Assembly (NCBI GenBank): GCA_020184695.1 | Contig: JAANOX010000216.1 | Location: 1 to 64,000 of the forward strand | DNA: 64,000 nt | Direction: 5' to 3' | Origin: Histomonas meleagridis 2922-C6/04-290x | Lineage: Eukaryota > Protista > Parabasalia | Shown here: piece after piece, positions 1 through 11,439 of the stretch | How positions within the stretch are numbered: the first letter of the stretch is position 1 | Layout of the letters: every line of letters starts with the position of its first letter | Program-made: the position numbers and the translations under genes | Notes under the pieces: generated by a model | Told to the model about the DNA's origin: nothing | What the model saw: the letters and a program-made list of their open reading frames with translations, nothing else | Databases searched by the model: none

Positions 1-1372
1 AATAAGTGCTGTTCTAAATAATTTAAATAATTTCCAAATATTATTTTGAAATATAAAATTATTAAAATAAATTTTAAATAAAACAGATAAATATCTTTAG
101 CATTAATATCAATTCCTTCTTGTTCAAGAAGTAATTTAACTATTTTTGTGTGACCATTTTCAGATGCAAATATAAGTGCTGTTTGAAATAATTTAAATAA
201 TTTCCAAATATTATTTTGAAATATAAAATTATTAAAATAAATTTTAAATAAAACAGATAAATATCTTTAGCATTAATATCAATTCCTTCTTGTTCAAGAA
301 GTAATTTAACTATTTTTGTGTGACCATTTTCAGATGCATTAATAAGTGCTGTATCAAATTCTTTAAATAATTTCCAAATATTATTTTGAAATATAAAATT
401 ATTAAAATAAATTTTAAATAAAACAGATAAATATCTTTAGCATTAATATCAATTCCTTCTTGTTCAAGAAGTAATTTAACTATTTTTATATGTCCATTTT
501 CAGATGCAAATATAAGTGCTGTTTGAAATAATTTAAATAATTTCCAAATATTATTTTGAAATATAAAATTATTAAAATAAATTTTAAATAAAACAGATAA
601 ATATCTTTAGCATTAATATCAATTCCTTCTTGTTCAAGAAGTAATTTAACTATTTTTGTGTGACCATTTTCAGATGCAAATATAAGTGCTGTTTGAAATA
701 ATTTAAATAATTTCCAAATATTATTTTGAAATATAAAATTATTAAAATAAATTTTAAATAAAACAGATAAATATCTGTAGCATTAATATCAATTCCTTCT
801 TGTTCAAGAAGTAATTTAACTATTTTTATGTGACCATTTTCAGATGCAATAATAAGTGCTGTATGAAATTCTTTAAATAATTTCCAAATATTATTTTGAA
901 ATATAAAATTATTAAAATAAATTTTAAATAAAACAGATAAATATCTTTAGCATTAATATCAATTCCTTCTTGTTCAAGAAGTAATTTAACTATTTTTATA
1001 TGTCCATTTTCAGATGCAAATATAAGTGCTGTTTGAAATAATTTAAATAATTTCCAAATATTATTTTGAAATATAAAATTATTAAAATAAATTTTAAATA
1101 AAACAGATAAATATCTTTAGCATTAATATCAATTCCTTCTTGTTCAAGAAGTAATTTAACTATTTTTGTGTGACCATTTTCAGATGCATTAATAAGTGCT
1201 GTTTGAAATAATTTAAATAATTTCCAAATATTATTTTGAAATATAAAATTATTAAAATAAATTTTAAATAAAACAGATAAATATCTTTAGCATTAATATC
1301 AATTCCTTCTTGTTCAAGAAGTAATTTAACTATTTTTGTATGACCATTTTCAGATGCAAATATAAGTGCTGT
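1..1372 (-). repeat. Near-perfect 170-bp tandem array (90-nt ankyrin segment + 80-nt spacer)
   Basis: Thr codons (ACA on the minus strand) start at 12, 182, 352, 522, 692, 862, 1032, 1202 and 1372, an exact 170-nt period. Confidence 0.95.
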
Positions 1373-2693
1373 GTAAGCATTAATTTTGATTTTATTTTGC
1401 TTGAATAAGAACTTATACATTTCTGTAGAACTAAAATTAAAATTATTTATAATTTGTTAAAACTATAAATAAATTAATTAAATATCATCATTACTTTTAA
1501 TCAATATAAATTTATTTTTAAGAATATCTTTAAAAAGTTCTTTATTTCTTGCAATTAAAATTAAACTTAAAACATTTTTAGGGATTTTATCTATATTATT
1601 ATTTACAAAATATTTAAATAAAAATATATTTCCAGTTTTAATCGAAGTTTTTGATAAGTTCCTCAAAATTTTTATTTTCTTTATCAATTAGAAATGAAAG
1701 TATTTCAAAATTATAATAAAAAACACATTCAATTAATAAATCAGTATGCATAATATTTTCTGATTTATTTTCATAGATGTATTTAAAAATATCATTTCGA
1801 TGAAATATAATTGCTGCTTCATATGCACCTTCAAATGTTGAATGATTTTGTTCACATAAATGAATGATTTCTTCATTCCCACTTGCAACTGCATATTTAC
1901 CTGTATTTTCTACATTAGCACCATTCATAAGTAAATATTTAAAACATTGAACTGAAGAAAAAAATGCTGCATAATCAATTAATGTAACATTTTTGTTCAT
2001 TTATAAATGAACAACTTTCATAAAGTGATGGTTCAATTTTTTGATTAAAATCAAAATTTATTTGTGATGATATTTCTTGAAGTTTTTCTACTTCATCATT
2101 TCGAATTGTTTTTGCTATTTCTTTTGGATTATGTACTTCTTTAATTAATTTCTTATGAAGTTCAAAATCATTCTTTGAAAGCTCTTTGTAATTATCTAAA
2201 ATTGATTGTAGAAAATTAGATTTTATATTTTTAATTTCGCTTTTTCTTTTATAGTGAATAAATAACAACGAGTTTATATATCTAATCTTATTTTCTTCAA
2301 TTATTTTATTTTCAATTAATCTTTCGAGAATATAATTCGATTCTTGTGTTTTAAAATTAAAAAGAAAATCTGTAAAAATATTAATGATATTATCTTCTTT
2401 CGTTTCATTATTTGTATCTGATTATATAATTCTTCTTCTTTCATTTTAAATAATTTTATATATTCAAAAATTAATTGAATATTTTCATTTCCCATTAAAA
2501 AATACGAATAAAGTAATTGACAAATTATAAGCTTAAATGAATATGGATATTGATGGATTTTAATAAATAATGTTGATTCAACTGTTTCTGGAATATTATT
2601 TTCGTTCATTTTAAAGATATAATTTTCTATTTGTTGTAACATTCCTATTGAATCTATATTTTCTTCTTTGATTTGCGTTTGACTATTTCCCAT
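1..2693 (-). pseudogene. Locus A: DUF3447 + spacer-interrupted ankyrin-repeat gene, with frameshifts in the 5' part (pseudogene or assembly errors); runs off the left window edge
   Basis: ORF pieces 2316-2693, 1975-2268, 1638-2000 and 1478-1687 join into a DUF3447-type N-terminus (IRNDEVEKLQEISSQ...LIDYAAFFSSVQCFKYLLMN...YAVASGNEEIIHLCEQ...AIIFHRNDIF). TALxxASENGHTKIVKLLLEQEGIDINAKD repeats follow. Confidence 0.75.
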
Positions 2694-3842
2694 TTATCTT
2701 ATAATTGAAACAGGATAAGTGAGAAAATGTTTTTGAAAGACGGCTAGGCCACCCCAAAATTAAACGATAGAAATCTCAGTCTTATCGGATATGTTCAATT
2801 GCAATTGAAGCAAATAATGTCATATAATCTACTTGATTAAATTCTATAGCACTAACTAATTAATTTTTTACATCATAATAATAGATTTCTAATATCTTCG
2901 TCAATATAAAATCTAATATACATGAATCTAAATTATCATGAAAAAATCATAATATCCAGATGATGTCTTACGAACTGACACTAATAGTATCCTATTTAAA
3001 AAAGATTGTAGACGAATGACATTCACAGGACTGAAGACATTTGACTTCTTCACTGGAATTGTCGTGTTCAATGGAATTAACATTCCACCCCCTGTTTCGA
3101 AACCTGGTTTAAAACATCAAGTGTAAAACATCAAAATCAAAGATATGAATATTACGCTCTGAATACAATGAAACAAATTGAAACAAAGAAAAAGAAATTA
3201 AAATGAATAATTATAAATTAATTAATACATGATTTTTTTTATATAATACTGTTTGAATTTTCTTTAAAAATATTTGACTTCTTTTGTGTTTCATTGTGAT
3301 AAATGTTTGTATTTTCTCCACTATTACCAATATATCTAAAAAGACATCTTATTAAGGTGCATAAAGTAAAAAACAGGTTCTAATTATTCAATTTGAACGG
3401 TAGAAACAGTTCAAACATGGAAATCAAGTTTATCTTCTCATAAATAATTTTTTTTAATATTCATTGTTTCGGTACATGCATATGATCGCAAATCCAAAAA
3501 CAAAAATAAAAAGATAAACAATATGCAAAAAAATTTAAGTCATTTAATCCAAATGGGAAATAATACAAAATGGTTCACAAGGAAGAGAAGTTCAATTTTG
3601 GATAACTTTGCATATCGATAACAAAAATTGTGCATGCAATTATAAGAAAATGCTTTTGGGATGTTGCGTTCGTATAGCTTCCCACTGCAAATGGAAAACG
3701 CCCACATTATACGCATCTTTTTTAATAACTCGAACATTTTTAAAATTATCTCAAAGACAATTTGAAAAAAAAAGTATCGTTTTTTTCTTTACAAAATGCA
3801 CTAAATCGCATTCTGTAGTTGAATGCCATGTAACAAACATAT

Positions 3843-5168
3843 TTAACGATTTCCAGTTGAAACACCCTCGAGAATTTGCTTTCGTATATTTTCTTGTTGC
3901 AATTCTTTCTTTCTCTTTTCAACTGTTTCCCTAAACTCGTCGAGGTTCATTACATCTCTAAGGTAATTTGTATTAATTAATTTTGTAACTTCTTGATAAG
4001 CACGATTAAAGATATCACTTGTTGGGTTTTCAAGCCTTGCGGTAATATCGTCGACCATAGCAGCTGGTAAGTTGTTTTGATGTTCAGATCCGGGTTTTAT
4101 ATACATATCATAAATTTCTTTTGCTTTAACTCGGATTTGTTCTTGATCCTCCAACTGCCTGAAGCGTAAGATCTCACGTGCAAATGGTGGCGCTTCTGGC
4201 GCTCGCTTTAACGTCGCAACTTTAAGCAAATGACCATACGCTTCATCGTCATTCAGAATTTGTTCAATGGTTGACAAAACCGTTTGTTTCGTTCCTTCCT
4301 CTGGCGGCTTTTTGAATGAGAGTGAAATCGGGTAAATCACCGATGTGAAGTAACCAGTTGCAAATAAGATAAACATTAAAAGGGCTAAAACAGCATCAAC
4401 TGTTTCAATTAGGCCATCACCTTCATCTGTGAAGTCAATAGAATAAAGAATAAGATATGGTGTCAATATTATTAACCATGAAATAAAGCAGGAAATGAGC
4501 TCACCTTTGACACCATATGGATCTGGAATCTTTCTAATAAGAAATAGACCAATAATAACTATTATAAGACATAAAACTAAAAGAACAATTAAAATGGGAA
4601 CTGTAACTTCATTGAGATCACATCCATAAGAATTTACGCATGTGTTGAGAACTGTGTATTGTAAAATAACAGCAATTGCCATACATAATGAAATGAAAAT
4701 TCCTAATATAGCTGCATATGTTCTTTCTTGGAGAAGAGGACCGTCTCTTACTTCGGAGATTTCGTGGTTTTTCCATTTTTCTAATTGAATCATCGTGTAG
4801 AAATATCGTATAAATCTGAGGATAAATGGAACAATATAAAGTGGTAAGAAGATAAGAATATAAAACAAATCAAGAAAGCAAGGGAAACATTCGGGTGTAA
4901 GTGCTAATTTCCAAATAAAGCATGTTAAACATATCTCTGAACCTATTGCTGAAAGCAATGAAAGAACTGGAGATCGCATTAAAATCATTGTGTCACCTGT
5001 GTGCCATCTAAAACAATATAAAATAAGACCTGCAAGCCACATGATAGACCATGCAACCCAAACATAAAAGAAGAACAAAGAAATTGGTGGCATAAGGAAG
5101 ATGCTTTCCCCAATTGAATTATTTCCTGGAAAGAAGTCCCATTGGTCATCTCCAATGACACTAGGCAT
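3843..5168 (-). CDS. 7TM-RGS protein (multi-pass membrane domain + C-terminal RGS domain)
   Basis: About seven hydrophobic segments, then an RGS-like box (ILNDDEAY...KAKEIYDMYIKPGSEHQNNLP...IFNRAYQEVTKLINTNYL). Start set at MPSV (5168); an upstream ATG at 5213 is possible. Confidence 0.8.
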   Translation of the reverse strand: MPSVIGDDQWDFFPGNNSIGESIFLMPPISLFFFYVWVAWSIMWLAGLILYCFRWHTGDTMILMRSPVLSLLSAIGSEICLTCFIWKLALTPECFPCFLDLFYILIFLPLYIVPFILRFIRYFYTMIQLEKWKNHEISEVRDGPLLQERTYAAILGIFISLCMAIAVILQYTVLNTCVNSYGCDLNEVTVPILIVLLVLCLIIVIIGLFLIRKIPDPYGVKGELISCFISWLIILTPYLILYSIDFTDEGDGLIETVDAVLALLMFILFATGYFTSVIYPISLSFKKPPEEGTKQTVLSTIEQILNDDEAYGHLLKVATLKRAPEAPPFAREILRFRQLEDQEQIRVKAKEIYDMYIKPGSEHQNNLPAAMVDDITARLENPTSDIFNRAYQEVTKLINTNYLRDVMNLDEFRETVEKRKKELQQENIRKQILEGVSTGNR

Positions 5169-5532
5169 TTGAGGCAACCGAAAAGTGCTAATTTGACAAA
5201 AGCTGAACCTCATTTACCTTTGGGAAAAATTGTTTAAATCAATTATATCGAGTTAATTCATTGTTTAAAAGAATATATTATATGGTTTAATGATTTTTTT
5301 TCATGCATTACTTTATATCAAAATTAATATATCGAAATTGCAAATCAAATCTTTTTCAATAAGTTTAAAAAAAATATTAAATAATCTATAGGATAGCATT
5401 AGTGAGAATATTTAATGAGTAAAATTACTTTAAATACTTTAAAAATAATGAACTTGTAATTCATGAATTACAAGCCATTGAAAAGTCAATCTATAAAAGT
5501 GACAATTCTTGACAACTTTATATCAGCTACAA

Positions 5533-8500
5533 ATGGATCTGGTGTCTATAACACCAAATATTCTTGATTTTGGGCTAACATCAGAAAATTACAGGCCTGT
5601 CTCTGTTAATTTTACCATTAGGAACGAAACAAATGATGATCTCCAAATCAACTTCGGAGATATCTCATCAAGTTCAATGTGGTTTACACTCTTCGACCAA
5701 GTAATCGAACAACAACGGAACCTTGGATTTGACATTTTTTATCACTATGAGAAAATCGATAATTTGAAGTTATTTGCTCAAGAAGAACAAATGTTAAGTC
5801 TAGTTATGATTCCAGTATGTTGCGCAATATCATTCAATCCATCATTATCGATTCCAATTATGAAATTTAAGGATGATGAGCTTCAAACAGATGAAAAATT
5901 TTATTATCCTATCAAAGTTCAATCAACAATATCTGATGTCTCTTTCAAGATTTCGCCTCAATATCTATTTCTTAATGAATGCTGTAACTTTCAACCTCAA
6001 ACAAAGTCATTTCAAATCAAAAATACATCAGATCGTGAGTTACCAATTGTAATTTATCCTGATGAATCTATTACAGTTGATACTCCAGAGTATCCCAATT
6101 ATATTTTGCTTAAACCAAAATCTATATCAACATTAACATTACATCATATTCCAACAGAAATTGGTCAATTTGATCATAAGATCATCTTTGAATGTCTTTT
6201 AGATCAACTATCTGACCCTAAAGTTATGCATGTTAATTCGTCAGTATCACCAGCAGAAGTTCCAGATGATTTCCCAACGATCACACCTCAAAATGCCGAA
6301 ATTGATTTCGGAGAAGTTAACGCAGGAATTCCAGTCGAATCTTCATTCACATTAACAAATCACAGTGAAGTCACTTATTCCGTATCGGTTAACGGTGTCC
6401 TTGACACTTTTACAGGCTCTTTACCTTCAAGCGAATCACTTTCAAGTGCTATTTTTATACCACATGCTTCAAGTTCACAACTTTTATTTAAAGGAACTGC
6501 TTCATCTAAATCTGAATCAAAACTTGATATTACTTTAAGATCTCATTCAGCATTAACAATTTATGCAACTTATGTCCCTTCTTTCCATTTATCAGCAGAC
6601 TCGACTTCATTTGAACATCGTACGTTTATGATCACTTTGACATTTGCTGATAAGTCAACTTCAAATGTTTTTTATCGTCGTATCAAATGTAAGTCAGCTG
6701 TATGTCATCCAACAATTTCTATATCCCCATCACTTATAGAGTTTGGAGATACAATAGTTGGGCAAACTGATAAATCTGCTGAAATTATTATTCGAAATCA
6801 TTCACCATTACCAACCACGGTTTCAATTTCTACATCTTCCCGATCCCTTACAGTTCCTTCAATACCTGTAGAAATTGATGGCCATTCCACATATAAGTAT
6901 AAATTCAAATTTTATCCACGTCGAGTTAGTCCTGATTATACAGCGTCCATTAAATTTACCAATAACAATAATATTTCCAATGAAGTTCAATTAAGTATTT
7001 CTGCCATTATTGTTGCAAACTCATCTGAATCAATTCATTCAATGAGTTATAACATATTAAGTGATGGACAACATGTATCATCATTTGATTTCCAAAATTG
7101 TTCTATTAATTATCCATCATTAAAATCATTTGTTATCAAAAACCGTTTAAACACACCGTTAAAGTTACGGTTTTCAGCGTCAACGGATGAAATCAAGTTT
7201 TATCAAGAAGATTCTGTTTATTTATTAAACTCATCATCATTTGGGAATTATTCTAATTCATCAATCGTATCAGTCACTAATCAACCTAATGAACCAACTT
7301 CTACCACATTATTAACACCGACACAAACATATTCATTAAAACAATTAGAACAATCTATGCAAATTAACTCGGAATTCTTTATGAACCAATTCATATTATC
7401 CCAAAAATATAGTGATCAACAAATCATTGAACATTTTGATACTGCATACCAACAAATTAATAAACTTATTGAAAATGGCTCATTAATAAACTTAGAAAAC
7501 TTAACAATCGAAATCCCACCACAATTTAAATTCGAGATTACAATATTATTAAAGCCTCGATCAATCAATGGAGAAGAACCAATGTTTTGGAAACATCGAG
7601 AAGAGAAAATCTTTGTTCATTTAATTGACCAAAATCAAAATATCGAAGCACGTACGATCCCATTAAAGTTTAATGTTGTCCAATCTAAGTCATTTTTATC
7701 CACACGACATTTAAACTTTGGCAATATCTTATGTAATACACGATATCAAAACAAGTTATATATTAGTAATGAATCAGCGTTACCATTTTTATTTGAGTTA
7801 GAATCCAAAAACATAAACTTTGATAATCAATCATATTGCATAGCATTTCCAATTAGTACGTATTCAATTCCATGTCATTTCATTCGTAACATTGACGGGA
7901 AATTCACCGAGGAAGTGATTATAAAAAACGTATTAAATCCTGAAGAAAAACATACGATTATATTTAAAGGTAAAGCTTCTAGAAGAACAAACTCATTCAT
8001 AGATCCATTATTATTAGACTTTGGAGATATTGTTGCATGTTCTTCATCAAAACGATTACGATTATTTATTACAAACACATCAAACGAAGAAATTGAATTC
8101 ACTTTATCACACGTTCAAAAAGAGACGCTGATGTGTAAACCATTGATTACCTATCAATTCAAATATTTGAATAGCCGACGATTGACAGAAAACGTTCAAC
8201 TCCAAATTGAAAAGTTAGGCTGCAAATTGAGATGTTTACAACGAAAGAACAAAATTGAATATGCGCAAAAGATTCAACGATTAATTGATAATTTATCTAA
8301 TACAACAATTGATAATACCAGTACACAATTAAAACAAATGGATGCCAAATATATGGATTGTTTTACATTCCGATGTGCACCATTACAAATGGTGTGTATT
8401 GAATTACAATTAATTCCATCCATTTTATCAGGTAAACGAATTAGTATTAGTATCCCATTAGAAGGCGCGATATTAATATATGAAAACAAAAGAATTGAAA

Positions 8501-10635
8501 CCCAAAAAATTGTACATTATAAAGCGCATTTAATACCAAACACACAACGATTATTAGATAGTGTTGTACAAAAATCATTAATAGTTGAGCCAACATTTAT
8601 CGAAATTAATGATATTTTTGTACATGAAAGTGTTCGTACACATATTAAATTAAAGAACATTTCAAACACATTACAAAACTATTGGATAAGTTCCGACGGT
8701 AATAATAACAATTGTATTATCTCATCACCTAAAAGTGAAGGCTCCATTAAAACTCAAGAATCATTAGAATTAGCAATTGATATCTTTCCATTAAATCCTG
8801 GCAAAATCACCAAAATCATTAACATCACAACACAAACATCAGTTATTAACATAACATTACAAATACATTCCGAGTTCAAACCAGTTTTATCATTTCCTTC
8901 GTTACCTGAAAACAGTACAATTGACTTTGGTTATATACCATTAACATCATTACAAGTGATTGAAGAACGTTCTGCGTTTAATATCTTTAATATCTCCAAC
9001 AACATATTATATTTATCCATTCTAAATGATCATCAAAAAGAAATCATTGTATATGAAAAAGATTCACGTCAACCACAAACTAAAGAATTTATGTTAAATC
9101 CACATCAATTAATACGAATGAACGTGTTATTACAACCAGAAATTGATTTAATACATTATCAAAAATATTTAACAACATTAATCAATGGCAAACTTTTAAT
9201 CAAAGCTTATGAAACTCTTGAAGAAGCTCAACACTCAACAATACAACCAGCAATATTCGAAAAAGAAATCACTGTAAACGCTGCTTTTGGTCGTATTGGA
9301 ATTTCATGTTCTGAACAAAACATTGACTTAGGTACAGTTTCAAAGAAACTAATGAACGCTAAAGTATTCATTAAAAACCGATCAACTCATATACCAATTG
9401 AAATAATTACGACATGTTCACAAGGATTAACTTGTGAACCAACGACGTTTACAATACCTGGAAATAAAGTTAACAAAGAGCCTCAAGAAATCACTTTACA
9501 TTACCAACCAAATTCAATAGGAATTAATGAGGCCAAATTACAATTGAATATCAGTGGGTACCCAAATTATTCGAAAACGATCAAATTGAATTGTTTTGTG
9601 GATCCGTTATATTTAGATACTGATTTACCTAAAGACTCAAAGCAAACAGACTTATTGAATCTGGGACAATTATATGTTATTGATAACAAACCGATACCGA
9701 TCAAAAGTAAAATCAAATTTACTAATAAAACGACAATTAACGTCTCCTTCGAAATATGCGGGAAACGTTTAAACATATCGGCTGGCAGATTCCAGACATT
9801 TCAGTTCACATTTCCCTTACAACCTAATTTTTATGATCCTGAAACACCAAAGTTTTTATATAAAATATATTGCCGAAGTTTAACAACACAACAAATATTG
9901 AAGATCATTAATGTTATTGGGGAATTTGTTGAATCATATTTTGAGATTTCGACAGATGTAATTAATTTAGGAAGTTTTGGAAAAATTAATAATTGGCAAT
10001 ATGAGAACACAGAATTAATAATATATAACAAATCGAATATTAATTTAGATGTAACGATTGAAAACAATTCGAATTTATTACAATTACCAGAAACTATTAA
10101 TAACATATTACCTAATTCGGAATATAAATTAAAGATAATTCCATCGATTAAAGAGCTTGAGAATGTATTAGGTCGACAAAACATTAACATTAAACTCATT
10201 AATCAAAATAATCCAAATAATATCAAAGAGTTAAATGTAATGTTCGATGTCATTGATTCGTTATTAAGTTTCGATCGAATTATTAAAGATGATAACAATA
10301 ATATGTTAATTAAGTTATGTAAATTTAAACAATTGTTACAAGATGATAACAAATTCACTTCTAACGCATGGTTCCAAATCACAAATAAATTGTTGGACGA
10401 GTACAGTATCAACATAACAACAGAGTGTTTGATACCAGAAGTGACTGGAGTAGAAATATTCATGAGAAAAACAGAGATCAAAATTGACTCACTCGACTTA
10501 CAGCCAAATGAAACAGTGGAGGTCAGAATTAAGGTGATGGCCGAAAAGTCTGACGGATGGAGCTCGAGCGTGTTGGCAAGAATACACTTCGTGTCAGATG
10601 GAGAAGAAGTGGCAAAGTTGGATGTGACCGTTTAA
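5533..10635 (+). CDS. Large protein with repeated ASH/MSP-like Ig-fold domains (Hydin/CFAP-like)
   Basis: About 1700-aa uninterrupted ORF with recurring 'i.p..ldFG.......s..f.i.N.s..p' motifs (e.g. ISPSLIEFGDTIVGQTDKSAEIIIRNHSPLP; DPLLLDFGDIVACSSSKRLRLFITNTS). First ATG at 5533; the track start is TTG. Confidence 0.65.
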   Translation: MDLVSITPNILDFGLTSENYRPVSVNFTIRNETNDDLQINFGDISSSSMWFTLFDQVIEQQRNLGFDIFYHYEKIDNLKLFAQEEQMLSLVMIPVCCAISFNPSLSIPIMKFKDDELQTDEKFYYPIKVQSTISDVSFKISPQYLFLNECCNFQPQTKSFQIKNTSDRELPIVIYPDESITVDTPEYPNYILLKPKSISTLTLHHIPTEIGQFDHKIIFECLLDQLSDPKVMHVNSSVSPAEVPDDFPTITPQNAEIDFGEVNAGIPVESSFTLTNHSEVTYSVSVNGVLDTFTGSLPSSESLSSAIFIPHASSSQLLFKGTASSKSESKLDITLRSHSALTIYATYVPSFHLSADSTSFEHRTFMITLTFADKSTSNVFYRRIKCKSAVCHPTISISPSLIEFGDTIVGQTDKSAEIIIRNHSPLPTTVSISTSSRSLTVPSIPVEIDGHSTYKYKFKFYPRRVSPDYTASIKFTNNNNISNEVQLSISAIIVANSSESIHSMSYNILSDGQHVSSFDFQNCSINYPSLKSFVIKNRLNTPLKLRFSASTDEIKFYQEDSVYLLNSSSFGNYSNSSIVSVTNQPNEPTSTTLLTPTQTYSLKQLEQSMQINSEFFMNQFILSQKYSDQQIIEHFDTAYQQINKLIENGSLINLENLTIEIPPQFKFEITILLKPRSINGEEPMFWKHREEKIFVHLIDQNQNIEARTIPLKFNVVQSKSFLSTRHLNFGNILCNTRYQNKLYISNESALPFLFELESKNINFDNQSYCIAFPISTYSIPCHFIRNIDGKFTEEVIIKNVLNPEEKHTIIFKGKASRRTNSFIDPLLLDFGDIVACSSSKRLRLFITNTSNEEIEFTLSHVQKETLMCKPLITYQFKYLNSRRLTENVQLQIEKLGCKLRCLQRKNKIEYAQKIQRLIDNLSNTTIDNTSTQLKQMDAKYMDCFTFRCAPLQMVCIELQLIPSILSGKRISISIPLEGAILIYENKRIETQKIVHYKAHLIPNTQRLLDSVVQKSLIVEPTFIEINDIFVHESVRTHIKLKNISNTLQNYWISSDGNNNNCIISSPKSEGSIKTQESLELAIDIFPLNPGKITKIINITTQTSVINITLQIHSEFKPVLSFPSLPENSTIDFGYIPLTSLQVIEERSAFNIFNISNNILYLSILNDHQKEIIVYEKDSRQPQTKEFMLNPHQLIRMNVLLQPEIDLIHYQKYLTTLINGKLLIKAYETLEEAQHSTIQPAIFEKEITVNAAFGRIGISCSEQNIDLGTVSKKLMNAKVFIKNRSTHIPIEIITTCSQGLTCEPTTFTIPGNKVNKEPQEITLHYQPNSIGINEAKLQLNISGYPNYSKTIKLNCFVDPLYLDTDLPKDSKQTDLLNLGQLYVIDNKPIPIKSKIKFTNKTTINVSFEICGKRLNISAGRFQTFQFTFPLQPNFYDPETPKFLYKIYCRSLTTQQILKIINVIGEFVESYFEISTDVINLGSFGKINNWQYENTELIIYNKSNINLDVTIENNSNLLQLPETINNILPNSEYKLKIIPSIKELENVLGRQNINIKLINQNNPNNIKELNVMFDVIDSLLSFDRIIKDDNNNMLIKLCKFKQLLQDDNKFTSNAWFQITNKLLDEYSINITTECLIPEVTGVEIFMRKTEIKIDSLDLQPNETVEVRIKVMAEKSDGWSSSVLARIHFVSDGEEVAKLDVTV

Positions 10636-11439
10636 TCAATAAAAGTATAATGTACAATTGTGTGGCACTTTTCGTTTTTCACATCACAAAATGAACAAAA
10701 ACAAATCACCGGAAAAGGTGCGGAGCGACTTCAGTGTTCCTTAGGATGATTTGTTGGTTATGAAAGCTAATGATTGGAGAAAGAGAACTTGTGGAATTGT
10801 TTTGAATCGCTGATTAAAAAAAGTTTGGTCGAATTCGTAACCCAATTTGTGACAAAGTGTAGAATTGTTTATGAGAGGATCATGGAATCATTCGAAAAGT
10901 CGACTTTTACAAAAATTTATCAAGTAAATTAATCAAAAAGTCATCGAAAACGTTTATTTTTAATGAAACAGAATTCATATTCTTTTCTCAAATAGTTTAT
11001 TTTTAACATTTATTAATAGTAAATAAATTATGAAATTTTTGATTAAAGAATTGTAATAATAATATGTTCCTCAAAAAAAATGAGTACACTAATTTAGCAC
11101 TATTTCAAATAGACAATATAAGCCCTAGAATATAATCACCATGATTGGATTTAAAAAAAGATATTCATTGATATTTTTGAATTTTTCCAACATGTCCTAT
11201 TTTTAAATATAAAACTTTGTGGGGAAGGTCAAAAATCATTTAACTTCAAATTTTACATTATGAATATTTTCGGTATGAGATTTATCCCTAATAATAAGTT
11301 GATCCATATTTTTTTATTGCTGAAGAGTGGACTTTAAGCATATTGGAATTTCGATTTAGCTTTCAATTTTACTTGGAATTTTAATAGGAAGCCGTTTAAT
11401 CTAAATCGGCTAAAGTAAGCCAATTAAAATCCAAGGAAA

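Noticed and set aside
1210-1250. Conserved RNA hairpin in the spacer (TTTCAAA-ATAATA-TTTGGAAA)
   Set aside because: It is plausible in A/C-type units but absent from the 20-mer type and from many D spacers, and it is weak AU-rich pairing.
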